From NCBI GenBank assembly GCA_010093815.1, contig ML996580.1: a DNA stretch of 64,000 nt; one strand, given 5' to 3'. The position numbers were made by a program, and so were the translations under genes. Below are positions 59,563 through 64,000 of this stretch, piece by piece (position 1 is the stretch's first letter; every line of letters begins with the position of its first letter). The notes below the pieces were generated by a model. The model made no database searches. It saw only the letters and a program-made list of their open reading frames with translations, and was not told where the DNA came from. This DNA comes from Pseudovirgaria hyperparasitica (taxonomy: Eukaryota).

Positions 59563-60423
59563 TTGTATTTGCCGGACTGGCGATTTCATTTGTAATGTGG
59601 CATATAGCGTGGCGTTGAACTGGGTTGACGGATTCTTGTAAGGTATTGTTCATTCGAGTGAAGTCCACACCAAGGGATATTCTGCATCATACTATATATG
59701 TACAACGTGCTTCCTGTGTACCTAGCTTTAGATGTCCGAAATGGAAGGATAATCACGAACGACACTCACGTCTTTCCAGGAACACTATGCGTTCAAAGAC
59801 ACTCGAGATATATGACGCGACCTGGACTTCAATGAATACATGATTGTATCTATCCTGAACTTACGCCAGTACGCGCTATACATTGTTACGCCCCTCCATC
59901 AGGCAGGTGTATGTGTATTCTATGGTGAGATGTAGTAATGTACATAGTGAGCACAGCATGGTAGTCAACTCGATTCGCACGCCACGCATACTATTGCACC
60001 AAGCCAACTAGCTCAAGCGGAGTCAGAAATCTTGGTTGGAGCAGTGCGTCCGCAATCAGTGAGTGCAATTGGTGTTTCCATAGCCCCCAAGCGGGCGAAT
60101 TTCAAATGTGCAGGTCTACCCATGTTTGCGACGGCATGCCACTGTTGGATGAGGCTAAAAAGTTGAGACCTGTGCGTCTCATCGGCGGTTCTGCCCCGGC
60201 TTGGTTCTTGGTCCTACTCAATTTGCTTCCAGGGAACTTTATACTAAAGGCATGCCGGACTGTTGTTCTTATGTTTACAAAGCTGTTCTTCAAGGTGTGA
60301 GGACGAGCTGAAACTGAGAGAATGAGCTGTCGCTGTGGCGAGCTTGATGATAGCTGGACAATGTTTGGGATCCATGTTTGCGCGCGGTTCGCGAAACACT
60401 CGCGGACGGTATTTGTGGACGTC

Positions 60424-60525
60424 GCCCCCCAAGTGAAGATATCGGTGAAGATATCCGCCCCCGGGTGAAGATTTTAGCCCCCATTTGAAGATATTAGCCC
60501 CCCGAGTGGAAATAACAGCCCCAAT
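60424..60525. repeat. Degenerate ~21-bp tandem repeat (GCCCCC-N3-4-TGAAGATA), about 5 copies
   Basis: gccccccaagtgaagata / gcccccgggtgaagattt / gcccccatttgaagatat / gccccccgagtggaaata / gcccccaatc. Confidence 0.8.
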
Positions 60526-60841
60526 CGTGCTTGACTGCAATTTGCCAATCACGGTACTTGCTCCCCGAACAAGAAGCATCGAGCTAAGCCTATCTTGGGC
60601 TCTGATATATACATGGTCCACGTATCACTGCAATCTCGGCCGATCAGACGGAATGCATCGCTGCTGTGGTGAAGTCTGAGAAATATAAGAGTTTGCATGT
60701 ATCAGGCTCAGCCACCGCCCGGCGAGTGTGGAAGATCCCTTCTCCTGCTTTCTTGGTAGTTTGAGTACTTCAGATTGCTATAACCTGCTGCTTGGCGATC
60801 ATCGACACTCTCGACCTTGTTACTTACAGCTCACGGTCACC

Positions 60842-61961
60842 ATGATGTTGTTGCGGTACCATAACGTGTTTCTACCGGTCCTGATGGCCACGACGGTGGC
60901 TGCCAGTGCCATATATCCCGCTCAGGCTGTCGGCCGCGCTCCTGCCATCACAGACGCTCCTGTACCTAGCTTTATACCTCGCCATCTACAAGTCCGGCAG
61001 GTCATGACAACGAATACGAATGATCCGGAATCGAGACCGGATTTTGTGGGATGGTACCAGACAGAGACTGGTAGGTTGACGCCGCACTGCGGATGGGATG
61101 AGCACAAGGCTGACATGAATGAAAGATCAAGCACAGTATTGCGATGCAGACCAAACATGGACATCGAGTGGGAATTATGGTCATTGTTGCGCAACAACAT
61201 CGTCGAGTTGCGCACCGAGACTACTATGCCAGTCACAAACGCTCATGCTTGATGCTGCCGGAGTAACATGGACCTGGTGCGTAATGAAGCATGTCCCGAA
61301 AAAGTGGAATACAGCTGCTAATACCCCATCAGCCCGTCTAGCCTCCAGTGCGGAACTGTGACAGTGTTTGATCAGTGGCCAAAGTCGAACGCGAAATCTA
61401 ACGTGGTCTGCGCCAACGAGAATTGGTCTGCATGGACGTACGTGACTCCCCAAAGAAGATAGTAGCATCATGAACCTCCCAACTGACACATCGCACAGCA
61501 TGTACCGCCACATCTCCACGACAGACTCCTCATCAGCACCCAACACAATCGGGGCAGGCACCCTTTCCGAGGGTCAAGCAGCGCCCCTATCTCAACCCTC
61601 CGGCACCGCTTTCCCGAACGACAACTCCGACACCACCACCTCTAGTGACAGCAAAGCGTGGATCGCAGGCGCTGTCATTGGGCCTATCTTCGGTCTCGCG
61701 CTCATCGGGGGCATTGCGTTCTTGCTGTGGCGGCGCAAGAGGAACGCCTCCTCGCCCATCGAGTCACCGAAAACCTACGCACAGCCGGACGTGGGCAATA
61801 TCGTCACGCACGAACACCACACAGATTACAAGCCCGAGAAACCGTATGCGGGATACTACGGACAGGCAGGATATCAGGGTATGTCGGAGGCAGATTCGAC
61901 TCCGGTGCAGCAGTCTCCGGTGCCGCAGGAGCTGCCGACTGATGGCCATGGGTCACGGTAG
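60842..61961 (+). CDS. Single-pass type I membrane protein with a small Cys-rich ectodomain, 4 exons (60842-61070, 61126-61276, 61333-61437, 61499-61961)
   Basis: Signal peptide, FVGWY...YC...CC...C...C ectodomain, Ser/Thr stalk, TM AWIAGAVIGPIFGLALIGGIAFLLW followed by RRKR, and a tail with ELP. Three introns (gtaggt, gtgcgt, gtacgt donors; ctgac/ctaat branch points) keep the frame. Confidence 0.85.
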
Positions 61962-62926
61962 TAGTATGGCATCCTGGAGACGAGGAAGTGCAACATAATG
62001 ATTACTATTGTGCTCTGGATCGAGAGACCTCGGATGCATGACAGTGGCGCATGGGATGTCGAATATCTTTATTCCATTGCATACAACGAGTAAGTGAGCG
62101 ATTGGGGAACGAGAGACTATGTCGATGTAGCTTTTTGAGATATCTTGCTGCTATATGTTCAGTCAATAGCGTGTGTATCGGCGTTATCCATGAATATACG
62201 TGTTTTGATGACATGATACGACGGACTTACTTTCCCGGCAGTGAGTGGTAGTGCCACATACACGTCGCATCAACGAGCTGGATGACGCTGCACTATGTTA
62301 TGGAATGTAGCGCAGCATTAATCGACCACCTACGCGCTGTCTTCCACGCGAAAGCCTTCTGGAAACATAACAACACTGGCAAAAGAGGAGCCGAAAGCCA
62401 CAGTCCCGAGATCCGAGATCCGAGTTGCCCACTGCTAATTAGCGGGGCAGCGGGGACTCTGGATATTCAATGGCTAAGTTATAACCCATGCCATACTACA
62501 TTACTAGTAGAACTATTAGGCAATTAATGATACACGCTGGGCTGACTTTAGGGCTGACGGGATGGACCTGGCTGAGCCAAGCTTGAACCCTAATCCTAAT
62601 AACTTCTCCATCACGGCAGTTGTCAAGTCATTCTGATTCGGCCATTTGACACGTCGTCATGGCCCTCTTTCATCGACTGACTACTAACTTCTATCATGCA
62701 CTATCATGTATTTGAAGCCTCTTGTCGGATACAACACCTCTTCCGTGTCTACATTCCTCATTTGTTGACATCTCCACCACGGCAGTTGCTTTCCCTCTCT
62801 TTCCAATAATTCATACACACTCGCTTCTCACTTCTTATTGCTATTCACTCCTAAAGTCCAATTATCTTCCCATCTGTTGTCCCGTTACGTCCTCCTCTTT
62901 CAATTGTATTCCACACCTGCCTAGGT

Positions 62927-64000
62927 ATGACGCTGCCTACGGGTATCTACCGAGCGGACCACGTAGGCTCTTTCCTGCGTCCACAGCCAGTCCTTGCTGC
63001 CCGTGAGAAGGTTACTGATGGAACACTTGGGTCCAACGAGCTTCGCGCCATCGAGGACGAGCATGTCACGACCCTCGTAACCAAGGAAACCGATGCTGGA
63101 CTACGGTCAATCACAGACGGTGAATTTCGCCGAGCATATTTTCATCTCGACTTCCTCAAGCACCTTGACGGTGTTCAAGTTGAGGGCTATATCGCGTCCA
63201 GCAACACCATACGTGACGGCTGGACACCGCCGCGTCTCGTCGTCAACGGCAAGCTTGGCCACTCCAAGCCCATCCAAATTGATGACTTCAAATTCCTTGA
63301 GTTGGCCATCAAGAAGGCGGGCGCGACTAACGTGACCACCAAAGTCTGCATCCCCTCGCCGACAATGGTCCATTTCCGCGGCGGCCGTGACAGCATCTCA
63401 CGGGATGCTTATCCGGATCTCGAGCCTTTCTTCGAAGATCTTGCTCGTGTGTACCAAGAAGAAATTGATGACCTCTACAAAGCCGGCTGTCGCGTCGTAC
63501 AACTCGATGACACGAATCTGGCCTATCTATGCGACCCGTCCATGCGTGAGGCCGCTGAGAAGCGTAACGAGGACCTCACCACGCTGCCGAAAAAATACGC
63601 ACAACTTATCAACAGAGCCATCTCCAAGCGTCCAGCAGACATGACTATTGGGATCCACCTATGCAGAGGTAACTACCGGTCACAGTGGTTTGCGTCAGGC
63701 GGCTACGAGCCTGTAGCCGAAGTACTATTCAAAGACCTGAATGTCGATGCCTACTTCCTCGAATACGACGATGCGCGCTCGGGCGATTTTGCTCCGCTGC
63801 GTCATCTACCAGAGCACAAGGTTGTGGTGCTTGGCCTGATGAGCAGTAAGAAGAACACTCTTGAGGATGCCGATGCGATCAAGAGGCGGCTGCACGAGGC
63901 AGCTACGTACTGCCCGAGAGGGCTGGCGCAGCTGTGTATTAGCCATCAATGTGGGTTCTCTAGTACGAGTGAAGGCAACGATTTGACCGAAGAAGAGCAG
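62927..64000 (+). CDS. Cobalamin-independent methionine synthase-like protein (single-barrel YxjH-type), truncated by the window end
   Basis: Manual translation from ATG 62927 (absent from the ORF track because there is no stop in the window): RADHVGSFLRP, ITDGEFRR, IPSPTMVH, VQLDD, IHLCRGN, YFLEYD, SHQCGFSSTSEGN. The Zn ligands His-x-Cys, Glu and Cys are present. Confidence 0.92.
   Translation, partial: MTLPTGIYRADHVGSFLRPQPVLAAREKVTDGTLGSNELRAIEDEHVTTLVTKETDAGLRSITDGEFRRAYFHLDFLKHLDGVQVEGYIASSNTIRDGWTPPRLVVNGKLGHSKPIQIDDFKFLELAIKKAGATNVTTKVCIPSPTMVHFRGGRDSISRDAYPDLEPFFEDLARVYQEEIDDLYKAGCRVVQLDDTNLAYLCDPSMREAAEKRNEDLTTLPKKYAQLINRAISKRPADMTIGIHLCRGNYRSQWFASGGYEPVAEVLFKDLNVDAYFLEYDDARSGDFAPLRHLPEHKVVVLGLMSSKKNTLEDADAIKRRLHEAATYCPRGLAQLCISHQCGFSSTSEGNDLTEEEQ

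Overview
Eukaryotic DNA from a filamentous ascomycete (Pezizomycotina; the finer taxon is not determinable here). It has short GT-AG introns with CTRAC/CTAAT branch points, many microsatellites and one 25-N gap at 1199-1223. I support 17 protein-coding genes, most needing splice reconstruction that the ORF track does not show: an F-box-like protein, a 1725-aa orphan, an atypical NAD(P)-binding protein, a 4-exon cytochrome P450, a Thr/Pro-rich GPI-type surface protein, a membrane-anchored pepsin-like protein lacking its first catalytic Asp, a secreted aspergillopepsin-like protease, PRP22, a 4E-T/Eap1-like protein, the PP2A catalytic subunit, MCM6, a PHO89/PHO-4 phosphate permease, a triple Cys/His zinc-finger-repeat protein, a VOC/glyoxalase protein, an MTC4-like protein, a single-pass Cys-rich surface protein, and a YxjH-type cobalamin-independent methionine-synthase-like protein cut by the window end. 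I found no rRNA, tRNA, CRISPR array or transposase. The best unexplained signals are (i) four diverged ~600-bp promoter-like units at 1.56-3.9 kb, (ii) a minus-strand region at 52.5-54.0 kb with four canonical introns but no surviving ORF, (iii) a regional sawtooth C/A-to-G/T strand skew that ignores gene orientation, (iv) an AUG-less signal-peptide-like segment in frame with the pseudo-protease, and (v) the 4E-T-like gene. None of these is a proven new system; all need RNA-seq or homology searches that I could not run.
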